Source: Candidatus Aldehydirespiratoraceae bacterium (lineage in GTDB: Bacteria; Actinomycetota; Acidimicrobiia; Acidimicrobiales; Aldehydirespiratoraceae). From it: DNA of 64,000 bases. The translations under genes were made by a program, and so were the position numbers. The stretch spans positions 405,034-469,033 of the forward strand of contig CBDBEW010000014.1 of NCBI GenBank assembly GCA_965204595.1, read 5' to 3'. The notes under the pieces are model-generated. The model saw nothing but the letters and a program-made list of their open reading frames with translations, had not been told where the DNA came from and did no database searches. Of this stretch, positions 1 through 10,752 are shown piece by piece (positions within the stretch are counted from its first letter, which is position 1; the number at the start of each line of letters is the position of its first letter).

Positions 1-433
1 CTTTGACCTTGAAGATTTGGCGGGTTCTATAGAGGTGGTGGTGTTTCCTAGGGCACTGAAAGAGCACGGTGATAAACTCAATGAAGATGCGATTGTGTTG
101 GTCAGCGGACGTAAAGAAAGCGGCCGATCAACTAGAAGAAGGCGTGATGGTGGCGGAGATGACATTACCAACTTGATTGCATCTTCAATTGAGGTGATAG
201 AGGAACTGCCCGAACATCCTTCGCTGCGGGTGCGCCTCGACACGCTCAACCACGAAAAATCTAAGATCGCGCACCTCAAAACTATTCTTGAAGCGCATCC
301 CGGCGATTGTCAAGTGGAGTTACATCTCAGCGAAAAGAATGTACTGCGCCTTCCCAAAAATTTTTCTGTAGACCGTAGCAATGGTGTGGTGGCTGAACTG
401 CGTGAACTGCTAGGAGTTGGTTCGATCCTCTGA
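1..433 (+). CDS. dnaE: DNA polymerase III alpha subunit, C-terminal end (5' part lies outside the window)
   Basis: The frame is open from nt 2 (FDLEDLAGSIEVVVFPRAL...), which resembles the DnaE1 C-terminal OB/tail region. Stop at 431-433. Confidence 0.7.
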   Translation, partial: FDLEDLAGSIEVVVFPRALKEHGDKLNEDAIVLVSGRKESGRSTRRRRDGGGDDITNLIASSIEVIEELPEHPSLRVRLDTLNHEKSKIAHLKTILEAHPGDCQVELHLSEKNVLRLPKNFSVDRSNGVVAELRELLGVGSIL

Positions 434-495
434 TAAGGCTCACGCAGTGGCGATATAGCTGCGTCTAGCTATAGTAAATATTCGGGGTTCTAGCA

Positions 496-1164
496 ATGAC
501 AATCACAGCAGAGACAAACGACAGCATTGCTGTTAGCGATGCTGACCTTGAAGACATGGCTAATCTCTGCTCACAATCTCCGAATGCTTTTGCCAAAAGT
601 GTGTTAATGAATCAAACCAGTAACTGGGTTCTATTGACATTGGCACGGGACGAAGAACACACGCGAGGCTTTTCTTTCTTTTCTTTAGAACGTATTGGAG
701 GAACACCTTGCTGTCTTATCGGTGCCACTCACATCTGTCGCAACAACAAACGAGACAGCATTTTAAGCACCATTTTGAACGACCAATTGAGACGCGCAGT
801 CCTTGCGTTCCCCGATGAAGATGTCTTGCTAGGCACGCAAATTAATGACCCTGGCGCACTTGATGCATATCGTACACTTGACAACATTATTCCTCGTCCT
901 AATCACAATGCTTCGGGAGAGGAACGGGCTTGGGGTCGGCGCTTAGCTAAGCGATTTGGTATAGGGCCGAGCCGTTATGAAGACCGTGTATTCACCGCGC
1001 GTGGTAAAGGTCATCAAAGTATCGTATTTGACCACGCTAGTGCTAAACCAAGTTCTATAGCACCAGAGGTTCAAGCTCAGTTCGGTGATCTTAATGTCCC
1101 AGCAGGTGATACTTTGATTGTTTTTGGTTGGGCCTTGCTTGAAGATTTAGAGAAACTGCTCTGA
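496..1164 (+). CDS. hypothetical protein (222 aa)
   Basis: Long ORF in an otherwise empty interval with host-like codon usage. No motif recognised. Confidence 0.5.
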   Translation: MTITAETNDSIAVSDADLEDMANLCSQSPNAFAKSVLMNQTSNWVLLTLARDEEHTRGFSFFSLERIGGTPCCLIGATHICRNNKRDSILSTILNDQLRRAVLAFPDEDVLLGTQINDPGALDAYRTLDNIIPRPNHNASGEERAWGRRLAKRFGIGPSRYEDRVFTARGKGHQSIVFDHASAKPSSIAPEVQAQFGDLNVPAGDTLIVFGWALLEDLEKLL

Positions 1165-1202
1165 AACACACAGCTATCGCATCAGTTATACGAACTCGGC
1201 GG

Positions 1203-1784
1203 ATGACCCGGTCGTTTCGCAGTGATCCAATTCCAACCACACTTCTTGAAACACTTGTTGATTTAGCCCGTCGCGCACCTTCAGCTGGTAACACAGCAGC
1301 TTTAGAATGGCTAATTCTCAGTAGGCCAGTTGATATTGCCTTGTATTGGAAGACCACCTTAGGTGATCGTCGTGAAGATTTTGTTTGGCCCGAATTACTC
1401 AACGCGCCTGCGCTTGTTATTCCTTGGGTGGACCCGCAAAGATATCTTGACCGTTACCGTGAAGATGACAAAGCTCATTTAGAACTCGCACAATCGCTAG
1501 AGGCTTGGCAGGTTCCATACTGGTTTGTGGATGGGGGAGCGGCAGTGCAAACGCTGCTATTGGCAGCACACGAGGCAGGTTTGGGAGCACTATTTTTTGG
1601 TCTTTTCGAACACGAAACCCGAGTTCGCAAGAGCTTTGGAGTTCCGACCTCGCAACGAGCTATTGGTGCGGTGGCACTTGGCTACCGTCTTAACGACACC
1701 ATGTCGCAAAGCCAAAAACGCAAGCACCGCAAACTCGCTGAAGTAACACACCACGGTAGCTGGCGCGGATCAGATACAAGATGA
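1203..1784 (+). CDS. nitroreductase-family protein
   Basis: N-terminal RSFRSDPIP...LARRAPSAGNTAALEWLIL resembles the nitroreductase fold signature. The stop overlaps the purL start (ATGA). Confidence 0.7.
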   Translation: MTRSFRSDPIPTTLLETLVDLARRAPSAGNTAALEWLILSRPVDIALYWKTTLGDRREDFVWPELLNAPALVIPWVDPQRYLDRYREDDKAHLELAQSLEAWQVPYWFVDGGAAVQTLLLAAHEAGLGALFFGLFEHETRVRKSFGVPTSQRAIGAVALGYRLNDTMSQSQKRKHRKLAEVTHHGSWRGSDTR

Positions 1785-4615
1785 TTTGGCGTGTAACGGT
1801 TAGCGCAACACAGCATCCTTTTGCCGCGACACTCCTAGCCACAGCACCGCTAGCTGGGGTTACGGGGCTATGCAAATGCGATATCTATCGCATTTATCAC
1901 CTGCACTATGATGGTGAACAAAACACCATTGAACAAATTTGTCGTGAACTGCTTGTTGACCATGTCATTGACCAACTGTGGATAAACGACAGCCCACCAA
2001 GTCGTGGACGCACCATAGAGGTAGCGTTCCATGCGGGTGTTAACGACAATGAAGCAAGAGAAATTGAACTCGCTGCAAAACTACTCGGGGCCAACGGCTT
2101 ACGTGCCGCTACCTCATGGCGTTACGATCTTGGTGACCTTGATGACGAGGCGGTGTCGGTCATTGGGCGACATTTCTTAGCTAATGACACTATTGAACAT
2201 TGGCGAGAGGGCACCATCAATGTTGGCTTTACGAGCGAAATTTCTGCGAAGCAACAAGTCACGCAGATACCTTTAGCGGATCTCAGCGATGCCGAATTAG
2301 TAGAGGTAAGCCGGACGCGACTCCTATCTTTAGATGTCACGGAGATGCGCGCTATCCAAGACTACTTTAAAACTCTAGGGCGTGAACCAAGTGATGCTGA
2401 ACTTGAGACCTTGGCGCAAACTTGGTCAGAGCACTGTGTGCATAAAACCTTCAATGCCAACATTGAACTAACCCATGTGAAAGCAAACGGACAAACTGTC
2501 ATTAGCTGCCACAATGGTTTGTTGGCAAAGCTTCGTCAAGTGACTCAAGAACTCAACCCTTGGTGGCTTCGTTCAGCGTTTGTCGATGATGCCGGCATTG
2601 TCGCTTTTGATAACGAATTTGATGTTGCCATTAAAGTTGAGACCCATAATCATCCCTCCGCGCTTGAACCTTTTGGTGGTGCCAATACCGGTGTGGGTGG
2701 TGTAGTGCGAGATATTTTAGGTGTCTCGGCTCGCCCCATTGCCTGCACAAACGTGCTTTGTTTTGGTGACCAAGACATAAACTATGACAAGTTAGCGAAC
2801 CCACTGTTGCATCCACGGCAAATAAAAGAAGGCGTTGTGGCTGGCATAGCTGACTATGGCAACAAACTGGGTCTGCCAACCGTGGCTGGCGCGGTGCTAT
2901 ACGATCACAAATACACGGCTAACCCTTTGGTGTATTGTGGTGCTATAGGTTTGCTACGTCGTGGTGTACACCGAAATCAAGCCCAAGTTGGTGACCAAAT
3001 CATTTGTATTGGCGGCAGAGTGGGACGAGATGGCATTCACGGTGCCACTTTCTCATCTGCGAACCTTGATGCCAACGCTATTGAACAAGCAGGGGCGGCG
3101 GTACAGATTGGCGATCCAATCACGCAAAAAGGTTGTATTGAAGTGGTGGTGCAAGCTAGTGAAGCGGGTTTGTACAACGCTATTACCGACTGTGGCGCTG
3201 GTGGGTTGTCTTCAGCTATTGGCGAGATGGGCAAACATCTTGGGGTGGAGGTAGACCTAGCCAATGTGCCCCTGAAATACCCCGGGCTGCTGCCATGTGA
3301 AATCTGGATTTCAGAAGCACAAGAACGGATGGTGCTGGCCGTGCCTGATCATTCTCTAGCGTCATTGGCGCAAATTTGTGAAGACCACGAAGTCGAATTC
3401 TCCAACATCGGTTGTTTCACCAACAGTGGTGAACTAGTTGTGTATTATGGCGACCGCAAAGCAATCGAGTTGTCGATGGACTTTTTGCATGAGGGGCTGC
3501 CACAGCGAACTATGACGGCAACCTGGGTAGAGCAAAAGACCTCGAAAGTCTCACTGCCGCCACTTATTGATGAGGTTTTACTTGAATTACTGGCTCACCC
3601 TGATGTTGCTAGCAAAGAAGAAATTGTTCGCCGCTACGACCACGAAGTGCGCAGCAGTGCTGTGGTTCGCCCCTTTGTGGGTAAGTGTGGTGATGGTCCA
3701 GCCGACGCGGCGGTCATCAAACCGCTTGGCACGCACCAATCTCGGAAAGCGTTGGTGGTGAGTTGTGGCTTGTGCCCTCGTGTAGGCATGCTTGACCCAT
3801 ACACAATGTCACTACTAGCTATCGATGAAGCGGTGCGCAACTTAGTCGCGGTGGGTGGCAACCCTCAACGGGTTGCTCTGCTAGATAACTTTTGTTGGCC
3901 AGACCCCACAAAGCATCTTCAGCTAGGGGCACTGGTGCGAGCCGTTCAAGGTTGCGTTGACGGTAGCCGACGTTACGCTATGCCCTTCATTTCTGGTAAA
4001 GATAGTCTATATAACGAATTTGCGGGGCAAGCCATACCACCAACCCTGCTCATCACTGCGCTCGGTGTGGTACCCGACCTGCATTGTTCGTTGGATTCCG
4101 CGGGTATGAGCGTTGGTGACGATTTGTGGTTAGTTGGGCACGGTAGTGATGCCCTAGGTGGTTCAATAGCAGACTCAAACTATGCACTTGACGCGACTGC
4201 CGTGCCTCAAGCGGTTACCGATCCGCTACCTCGCTACCTGAGTGTTCATTCTCTAATTATGGACAAGTTGATTTCAGCCGCCCACGATTGCAGTGACGGT
4301 GGTATCGCGGTAGCTGTAGCAGAGATGGCTATTGGGGCGGTTTGTGGTGTAAGTGTTGACGTGCCCGCCGATGGTCACGATGCTTTCACAGCACTAGTCA
4401 ATGAAGGAGCGGGACGCCTAGTGTTAGCGGCACCACGTTTCAATCGCGGCAAAGTGGCAAAACGTTTGGCGCGACATGGTCGACTTGTCGGCAAAGTAAT
4501 AGAGGAAGAACAAATCCACCTGAACGTGGTTGACGAGGCCGCTAAAACCATTGATCGTATTGATGTGGCGTTGGCCGCCGCTAGAGGTGCCTTCACAAAT
4601 GGTGGCTCACGATGA
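1781..4615 (+). CDS. purL: FGAM synthase subunit PurL with two N-terminal PurS-like repeats (PurS-PurS-PurL fusion, 944 aa)
   Basis: The PurL core has EPFGGANTGVGGVVRDILG and SGKDSLYNE-type motifs. It is about 200 aa longer at the N-terminus than a small PurL. That extension shows two PurS-like segments (...ICRELLVDHVIDQ and ...IGRHFLANDTIEHW). Confidence 0.9.
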   Translation: MIWRVTVSATQHPFAATLLATAPLAGVTGLCKCDIYRIYHLHYDGEQNTIEQICRELLVDHVIDQLWINDSPPSRGRTIEVAFHAGVNDNEAREIELAAKLLGANGLRAATSWRYDLGDLDDEAVSVIGRHFLANDTIEHWREGTINVGFTSEISAKQQVTQIPLADLSDAELVEVSRTRLLSLDVTEMRAIQDYFKTLGREPSDAELETLAQTWSEHCVHKTFNANIELTHVKANGQTVISCHNGLLAKLRQVTQELNPWWLRSAFVDDAGIVAFDNEFDVAIKVETHNHPSALEPFGGANTGVGGVVRDILGVSARPIACTNVLCFGDQDINYDKLANPLLHPRQIKEGVVAGIADYGNKLGLPTVAGAVLYDHKYTANPLVYCGAIGLLRRGVHRNQAQVGDQIICIGGRVGRDGIHGATFSSANLDANAIEQAGAAVQIGDPITQKGCIEVVVQASEAGLYNAITDCGAGGLSSAIGEMGKHLGVEVDLANVPLKYPGLLPCEIWISEAQERMVLAVPDHSLASLAQICEDHEVEFSNIGCFTNSGELVVYYGDRKAIELSMDFLHEGLPQRTMTATWVEQKTSKVSLPPLIDEVLLELLAHPDVASKEEIVRRYDHEVRSSAVVRPFVGKCGDGPADAAVIKPLGTHQSRKALVVSCGLCPRVGMLDPYTMSLLAIDEAVRNLVAVGGNPQRVALLDNFCWPDPTKHLQLGALVRAVQGCVDGSRRYAMPFISGKDSLYNEFAGQAIPPTLLITALGVVPDLHCSLDSAGMSVGDDLWLVGHGSDALGGSIADSNYALDATAVPQAVTDPLPRYLSVHSLIMDKLISAAHDCSDGGIAVAVAEMAIGAVCGVSVDVPADGHDAFTALVNEGAGRLVLAAPRFNRGKVAKRLARHGRLVGKVIEEEQIHLNVVDEAAKTIDRIDVALAAARGAFTNGGSR

Positions 4616-5421
4616 CCAAGCCACCCATACTGATACCGTATGCTGCGGGCACCAACAGAGACGGCGATGCAGCACTGGCAATCGAGTTAGCCGGTGGAGA
4701 ACCACGTATCGTGACCTTAAAGGCACTGCGCGAAGACAATAAGTCCTTTTCCGAACATGCTGGTGTGCTGTTGCCGGGCGGCTTTTCTTATGGTGACGCG
4801 CTAGGTGCTGGTCAAAAACTCGCTCTTGAACTGCATCATTTTTTTGCTCAAGAATTAGAGGAGCTAATTAGGGCAGGGAAACCTGTCTTAGGTATCTGCA
4901 ACGGTTTTCAGGCACTTGTTAAATCAGGGTTTTTGCCAAACTCGCTAGCAAGCGATTCACCCCACAACGAACGCCAAGTTACATTAACTCACAACGCAAG
5001 CGGAAAGTTTGAGTGCCGGTGGGTCACCTTGAGAGTTGCTTCAAATATGTGCAGTTCATGGTTGTCACCCATACAAGGCTCGCTCATTCGTTGCCCAGTA
5101 GCACACGGTGAAGGACGTTTCATAACCACTAGCGACACCACAACCAAGGCTCTTTTTGAGCGTGGTTTGGTTGCCTTCACCTACCTCGCCAACGGCGCGG
5201 CCGCGCCCTCCCAGGAGGGCGAACAAGGTGCTCAGGGGAGTTATCCGGCGAACCCAAACGGCTCAGTAGCCGATATTGCAGGTATTTGTGACTACAGCGG
5301 TGCTGTTGTCGGACTCATGCCTCACCCAGAGAATCATGTTTTGGATTGGCAGTGTCCTAATGGTGGTTCAAAATCGAGTGGCTTACCCCTATTTGAAACG
5401 TTCGTAGCGGCGGCGCACTGA
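4612..5421 (+). CDS. purQ: FGAM synthase glutaminase subunit PurQ
   Basis: GICNGFQAL nucleophile elbow and MPHPE His/Glu motif. ATGA overlap with purL. Confidence 0.9.
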   Translation: MTKPPILIPYAAGTNRDGDAALAIELAGGEPRIVTLKALREDNKSFSEHAGVLLPGGFSYGDALGAGQKLALELHHFFAQELEELIRAGKPVLGICNGFQALVKSGFLPNSLASDSPHNERQVTLTHNASGKFECRWVTLRVASNMCSSWLSPIQGSLIRCPVAHGEGRFITTSDTTTKALFERGLVAFTYLANGAAAPSQEGEQGAQGSYPANPNGSVADIAGICDYSGAVVGLMPHPENHVLDWQCPNGGSKSSGLPLFETFVAAAH

Positions 5422-6422
5422 TGCTTGATCTCCAAACCGCGCAACAACACAGTTTTAGTGGTGTTGACTTAGAAGGTCTGGCAACTACCTGCCTAGTGCG
5501 TCGCGGCAAGGTTCGTGACATTGTTGATTGTGGAGACTCACTTATTCTCGTGAGCACCGACCGTGTGTCGGCCTTTGACCACATTCTGGGGACAATACCT
5601 TTAAAGGGTCAAATACTCAATCAACTTTCAGCTTGGTGGTTTCAACAGATCTCTAATCAAGTCAGCACACATTTCATTGATGCACCTGATCCCAACATCA
5701 GCTTGGTTAGAAGATGTATCCCATTGCCTGTAGAGGTTGTTGTTCGTGATCGGCTAAGTGGTAGCACCGCCACTTCTTTGTGGACTCAATATCAAGCCGG
5801 GAAGCGAACAATTTATGGCATCCGTTTTCCCGACGGCATGCACAAAAATCAAACTCTACAGAACCCGATCATCACGCCTACCACCAAAGCAACGGCAGGC
5901 GAACACGACTTGCCGATAAGTGAATCCGAAATCATCGCCAACAACATCGTTGATGCCGAACTCTGGGATGAGGTTCGCACTATCGCATTAGCAATGTTTG
6001 AAACTGGCAAAAGGGTTGCTTTGGCAGCAGGTTTGATCTTGATAGACACCAAATATGAGTTTGGCATCGACCAAGAAGGCCAACTCAGGGTAATTGACGA
6101 GTTGCATACTCCAGATAGCTCTCGTTATTGGCGAATGTCGAATTTGGGGTCACGCCGCGACGCAGAGTTAGAACCTGAACACCTTGACAAGGAAATAATT
6201 CGGCACGCATATCGAACCTGTGGCTATGTTGGACGCGGCACCCCACCCGAACTTGATCAAGTGCTTGCTTTACGCACAGCCACCAGTTACGCAGAGGTAT
6301 ATGAAATGCTAACGGGTTCGGCACTTGTGGTAGCAAAACAACCCGCTCAAGAACGGGTTGAGGCCTATATTGATGGTGGGCAGGTTTGCAAATATAACAA
6401 TACAGAGGAGCTTGATGACTAA
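5421..6422 (+). CDS. purC: SAICAR synthetase (long form)
   Basis: GKVRDIV...[13 protein letters not shown] and LIDTKYEFG motifs. Confidence 0.9.
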   Translation: MLDLQTAQQHSFSGVDLEGLATTCLVRRGKVRDIVDCGDSLILVSTDRVSAFDHILGTIPLKGQILNQLSAWWFQQISNQVSTHFIDAPDPNISLVRRCIPLPVEVVVRDRLSGSTATSLWTQYQAGKRTIYGIRFPDGMHKNQTLQNPIITPTTKATAGEHDLPISESEIIANNIVDAELWDEVRTIALAMFETGKRVALAAGLILIDTKYEFGIDQEGQLRVIDELHTPDSSRYWRMSNLGSRRDAELEPEHLDKEIIRHAYRTCGYVGRGTPPELDQVLALRTATSYAEVYEMLTGSALVVAKQPAQERVEAYIDGGQVCKYNNTEELDD

Positions 6423-6900
6423 AGACCCAGTTGTTGGGGTGATAATGGGTAGCGATTCCGACTGGAAAACCATGCGTAGCTGTGCGGAGGTGTTAGCGGA
6501 GTTTGCGGTGCCACATGAGTGCAAGGTGGTGTCAGCGCACCGCACCCCAGAGTTGTTAGCAACCTATGCCCGTCAAGCCGAACCACGCGGCTTGCATGCC
6601 ATAGTTGCCGGTGCTGGTGGAGCAGCGCATTTGCCTGGCATGGTGGCTTCTCACACTCCAATTCCTGTCGTTGGTGTGCCAATAAAAAGTGGCACACTAA
6701 ACGGCGTTGATTCATTGCTGTCAATCGTGCAAATGCCCGCCGGTGTGCCCGTGGCCACTATGGCTATAGGCGAAGCTGGAGCCATCAACGCCGCCTTGTT
6801 TGTCGTTGCCTTGCTAGCTCGTTCTGATGAGGTTCTAGCTCAGCAACTAGCTCAATACAGGAATGCGCGTGCTGAGCAAATAAATGCCATAACCTTATGA
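6415..6900 (+). CDS. purE: N5-CAIR mutase
   Basis: [11 protein letters not shown]...VVSAHRTPE and [10 protein letters not shown] motifs. I chose the internal ATG at 6415 ([13 protein letters not shown]), which overlaps the purC stop, over the track start at 6358. Confidence 0.9.
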   Translation: MTKDPVVGVIMGSDSDWKTMRSCAEVLAEFAVPHECKVVSAHRTPELLATYARQAEPRGLHAIVAGAGGAAHLPGMVASHTPIPVVGVPIKSGTLNGVDSLLSIVQMPAGVPVATMAIGEAGAINAALFVVALLARSDEVLAQQLAQYRNARAEQINAITL

Positions 6901-8045
6901 ACTCTAGAGATGGCCACTCAGTACTAGCAGAGGGTGCCACCATTGGTGTTGTGGGGGGTGGTCAACTTGGGCGCATGTTTACCCACACAGCACAAGCCCA
7001 TGGTTATCGTGTGGCAATATTCACAGGTGGCAACCAAAACACTCCCGCTGGGGTCGTGGCCGATACTGAGATGCCTGCCGGCTTTGACGATGACTCTGCG
7101 CTGCATCGCTTCGTTGAGTGTGTGGATGTGGTTACTTGGGAGTTTGAAAATGTTGATTTGAGAATTGCAGCGATTGCTGAACAAGCAGGGGTCGAGGTGC
7201 ATCCGAGTGCCCAAATTGTTGCTGCCACGCAAGACCGCTGGCTAGAAAAAGAAGCGTTACAGCTAGCTAAAGTGCCGTTAACACCGTGGCGCAAAGTTAC
7301 AAACGAACACCAACTAGCCACGGCCGCTGAGGAGCTAGGATTGCCAATGATCGTTAAATCGGCGCGTTTTGGTTATGATGGGAAAGGTCAAGTTCGTGTT
7401 GAGCACCCTAAACAAGTGAGTGACACCTGGCGAACTCTAGGGCCACAAAGACTAGTCGCAGAAGCTCTAGTGCCATTCGAACGTGAAATCTCTGTGGTGG
7501 TTGCCCGTTCACAACAAGGTGAGGTAGTGCCACACACGGTGATGGAAAATCAGCACGTCAATCAAGTCCTCGACACCACCATCACGCCGGCGAATATCGG
7601 TGCTGAAATGTCTAATCGGGCATACGACATAGCTACCGAGCTCGCTAATGCGTGGCGACTCGTCGGTGTAATGTGTGTTGAGATGTTTGTTACGCCCACG
7701 ACTTTGATCGTTAACGAAGTAGCACCGCGACCACACAATTCGGGTCATTGCACTATTGAGGCTGCGCCAGCAAGTCAGTTTGCCCAACAACTTCGTGCGC
7801 TAATCGGAATGCCCCTTGGCGACGGGCACTGCCGTCCTGCCGCTATGGTGCAACTACTCGGAGATTTGTGGCTACACGGCAACCCAGATTGGTCAAAGGC
7901 ATACGCCGCTAGCGATGTTCATTTGCATCTTTATGGCAAACGTGAGCCTCGTCCTGGTCGCAAGATGGGTCATATGACCACAGTTGGAGATGACCCTGCC
8001 ACACTCTTGGACAAGCTGCAATCCTTGCGTGAAGCTTTGAGGTGA
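6897..8045 (+). CDS. purK: N5-CAIR synthetase (ATP-grasp)
   Basis: [14 protein letters not shown]-terminus and an ATP-grasp body. ATGA overlap with purE. Confidence 0.9.
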   Translation: MNSRDGHSVLAEGATIGVVGGGQLGRMFTHTAQAHGYRVAIFTGGNQNTPAGVVADTEMPAGFDDDSALHRFVECVDVVTWEFENVDLRIAAIAEQAGVEVHPSAQIVAATQDRWLEKEALQLAKVPLTPWRKVTNEHQLATAAEELGLPMIVKSARFGYDGKGQVRVEHPKQVSDTWRTLGPQRLVAEALVPFEREISVVVARSQQGEVVPHTVMENQHVNQVLDTTITPANIGAEMSNRAYDIATELANAWRLVGVMCVEMFVTPTTLIVNEVAPRPHNSGHCTIEAAPASQFAQQLRALIGMPLGDGHCRPAAMVQLLGDLWLHGNPDWSKAYAASDVHLHLYGKREPRPGRKMGHMTTVGDDPATLLDKLQSLREALR

Positions 8046-8048
8046 AAG

Positions 8049-9473
8049 GTGCAGACAATCTCCGACAACCCTCATGAACAATGCGCTGTGGTGGGTATTT
8101 GCAGCTCCAACTCAGACGCAGCGCGGCTGGCCTTTTTTGCTTTGCATACCCTACAACATCGTGGGCAGGAAGCAGCTGGTATTGCCACAACCACCAACGG
8201 TGTAGCCCACATCCATAAAGGGTTGGGACTAGTTGCGAGCGTTTTTAATGAAGAAAACTTAGCCACCTTGCCAGGTAACCTAGCCATTGGGCATAACCGC
8301 TATTCCACCACCGGCAGTTCGGGTTTGCGCAATGCCCAACCCCAACTAATTGAGACCCTAAAAGGCCCGTTAGGGATAGCTCACAACGGTAATCTGGTCA
8401 ATGCCCCCCAACTGCGAAGGTCGTTGCTTGAAAGAGGAGTTGGGTTAGTCACCTCAAGTGACACCGAAGTCATGTTGCACTTGTTGAGCACGGCAACTGG
8501 AGATTGGCACGAACGGTTCAACATGCTGATGTCACAAGTGGAGGGAGCTTACGCGCTCACGATATTGACCCGTGACGCAGTTTTTGGTGTTCGTGACCCT
8601 TGGGGTTTTAGACCTCTAGTGATTGGCGCGATTGATGGTGGCCATGTGTTGGCTTCTGAAAGTTGCGCGTTCGCGACCATCGGAGCGTCATTTGTGCGCG
8701 AGGTGGCACCCGGAGAAATCGTGAGGTTAGACCACGCTGATGTTGAATCGTACCTCAGCGCACCTGTCAAAGAACGGGCATTATGCACATTTGAACAAAT
8801 TTACTTTTCACGCCCCGACTCAATTTGTGACGGCAAACTGGTTCATTCCACTCGGCAACGTTTAGGACGCGAGTTGGCACGTGAAGCACCTGTTGCGGCG
8901 GATTTGGTGGTTGCGGTACCTGATTCAGGAACACCTCACGCCGTTGGCTTCGCGCAAGAAAGCGGTATTCCTTACACTGAAGGTTTAATTAAAAACCGTT
9001 ACGTGGGGCGCACATTTATTGAACCCACGCCACAACTGCGAGCTGCTAGAGTGGCGATGAAGTTCAATCCCCTAGGCGACAACTTAGTGAACAAGCGAGT
9101 GGTTTTGGTCGATGATTCTATTGTCCGTGGCACCACCTCGGGGCCGCTAGTGAAAATGCTGAGAGAGGCAGGAGCCACTGAAGTGCATGTGCGCGTGGCT
9201 TGCCCAGCAATCACTAGCCCTTGTTTTATGGGTGTTGATATGGCTTGTGAAAGTGAACTAATCGCGGCTCATCGTAGTGTTGAAGACATCCAAGAACACA
9301 TTGCAGCCGATTCACTAGCATATTTGTCGATTGAAGCAATGATGTGTGCGCTAGGTGAAGACGATGGCTACTGCAATGCCTGCTTCACGGGTATCTATCC
9401 TTTCGAGTCGGTGTATTTTAAACAACTCACCTTCAATCCTAAAACCGAGTTCACTTCGGTCTGGAATGATTGA
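8049..9473 (+). CDS. purF: amidophosphoribosyltransferase
   Basis: Short propeptide followed by CAVVGI (Ntn cysteine). DDSIVRGTT PRPP loop and C-terminal Fe-S cysteines (SPCFMG, CNACFTG). GTG start preceded by GAGGTGAAAG. Confidence 0.92.
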   Translation: MQTISDNPHEQCAVVGICSSNSDAARLAFFALHTLQHRGQEAAGIATTTNGVAHIHKGLGLVASVFNEENLATLPGNLAIGHNRYSTTGSSGLRNAQPQLIETLKGPLGIAHNGNLVNAPQLRRSLLERGVGLVTSSDTEVMLHLLSTATGDWHERFNMLMSQVEGAYALTILTRDAVFGVRDPWGFRPLVIGAIDGGHVLASESCAFATIGASFVREVAPGEIVRLDHADVESYLSAPVKERALCTFEQIYFSRPDSICDGKLVHSTRQRLGRELAREAPVAADLVVAVPDSGTPHAVGFAQESGIPYTEGLIKNRYVGRTFIEPTPQLRAARVAMKFNPLGDNLVNKRVVLVDDSIVRGTTSGPLVKMLREAGATEVHVRVACPAITSPCFMGVDMACESELIAAHRSVEDIQEHIAADSLAYLSIEAMMCALGEDDGYCNACFTGIYPFESVYFKQLTFNPKTEFTSVWND

Positions 9474-9477
9474 GTAA

Positions 9478-10752
9478 ATGCCGAACAGAGTTCTTGTGGT
9501 TGGTGCAGGCGGGCGTGAACACGCCATTGCTTGGAGTTTGGCGAAGTCACCTTTACTTGGCGAGGTCATTGTTGCGCCCGGTAACGCCGGTACAGCAACC
9601 GAAACAAAGTGTCGCAATATTCCGATTGATTTACACGACCTGCCAAAGATTGTTGCACTCGCCCAAGAACAAGAAGTGTCTTTGGTGGTTGTGGGGCCTG
9701 AGTTTCCCCTCGTGGCTGGTCTAGTTGATGTCCTAGAGGTTGCGGGTATTGCAGCATTTGGACCAACAAGCGCGGCGGCTCGCCTAGAGGGATCAAAGTC
9801 GTTTTGCAAGAACTTCTTGCAGGAAAACAACATTGCCACCGCAAGTGCAGTTTCATTTTGCGACGCTCAAGCAGCCTTGTGTCACTTGGAGAGTTTGCCT
9901 GATGTACCGGTGATCAAGGCCGTTGGCTTGGCCGCAGGCAAGGGGGTGGTGGTGGCGCAAGACAAGTCAGATGCCGCGCAAGCAATCAAGGATATGCTCA
10001 TCGGCAATCGCTTCGGTGCTGCAGGCAAAGAAATTCTCCTTGAAGAACGATTGTCTGGCAAAGAGGTTTCGGTGCTGGCCTTTTGTGACGGCCACGATTT
10101 CGCGCTAATGCCAATCACACAAGACTATAAACGTTTGCTTGATGGTGACAAGGGTTCAAATACCGGTGGCATGGGTGCGTTTTGCCCTAGTTCCTTAGTT
10201 AGTGAAAAGTTAAAGAAGCAAATTGAACAGCAAATATTCGCACCCACGCTCACCACACTAGCTCGCAACGGTCACCCTTATAAGGGGGTGCTTTACGCCG
10301 GTCTTATGCTGACCGATAATGGCCCCAAAGTAATTGAGTTCAACTGCCGCTTTGGTGACCCTGAAACGCAAGTGATATTACCGTTGCTCAAGTCTGATCT
10401 TTATGAGATTATGTTGGCTTGTTGTGAAGGCAACCTCACCAATGTCGACATTAACTGGGCAAATGACTCCGCGGTGAGCGTGGTGTTAGCAAGCAGTGGT
10501 TACCCCACACACGCGAGTTCAGCCGAACCAATAGTAGGAATTGAACAAGCACTGACTCTGGAGTGTGAGGTCTTTCACGCCGGCACTACCGTAGCTGAAG
10601 GTTCCATCTTGGCAACTGGTGGCAGGGTACTAGCCATCACGGCAACCGCAAACACAGTATCTGCGGCAGCCAAGCTGGTCTATACCAGTGTTGCCGCGGT
10701 GAACTTTGAGGGCAAACAGTATCGTTTAGACATTGGTGAGATGAACAGATGA
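9478..10752 (+). CDS. purD: phosphoribosylamine-glycine ligase
   Basis: VLVVGAGGREHAIAW N-terminus and an ATP-grasp body (NCRFGDPETQ). Confidence 0.92.
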   Translation: MPNRVLVVGAGGREHAIAWSLAKSPLLGEVIVAPGNAGTATETKCRNIPIDLHDLPKIVALAQEQEVSLVVVGPEFPLVAGLVDVLEVAGIAAFGPTSAAARLEGSKSFCKNFLQENNIATASAVSFCDAQAALCHLESLPDVPVIKAVGLAAGKGVVVAQDKSDAAQAIKDMLIGNRFGAAGKEILLEERLSGKEVSVLAFCDGHDFALMPITQDYKRLLDGDKGSNTGGMGAFCPSSLVSEKLKKQIEQQIFAPTLTTLARNGHPYKGVLYAGLMLTDNGPKVIEFNCRFGDPETQVILPLLKSDLYEIMLACCEGNLTNVDINWANDSAVSVVLASSGYPTHASSAEPIVGIEQALTLECEVFHAGTTVAEGSILATGGRVLAITATANTVSAAAKLVYTSVAAVNFEGKQYRLDIGEMNR

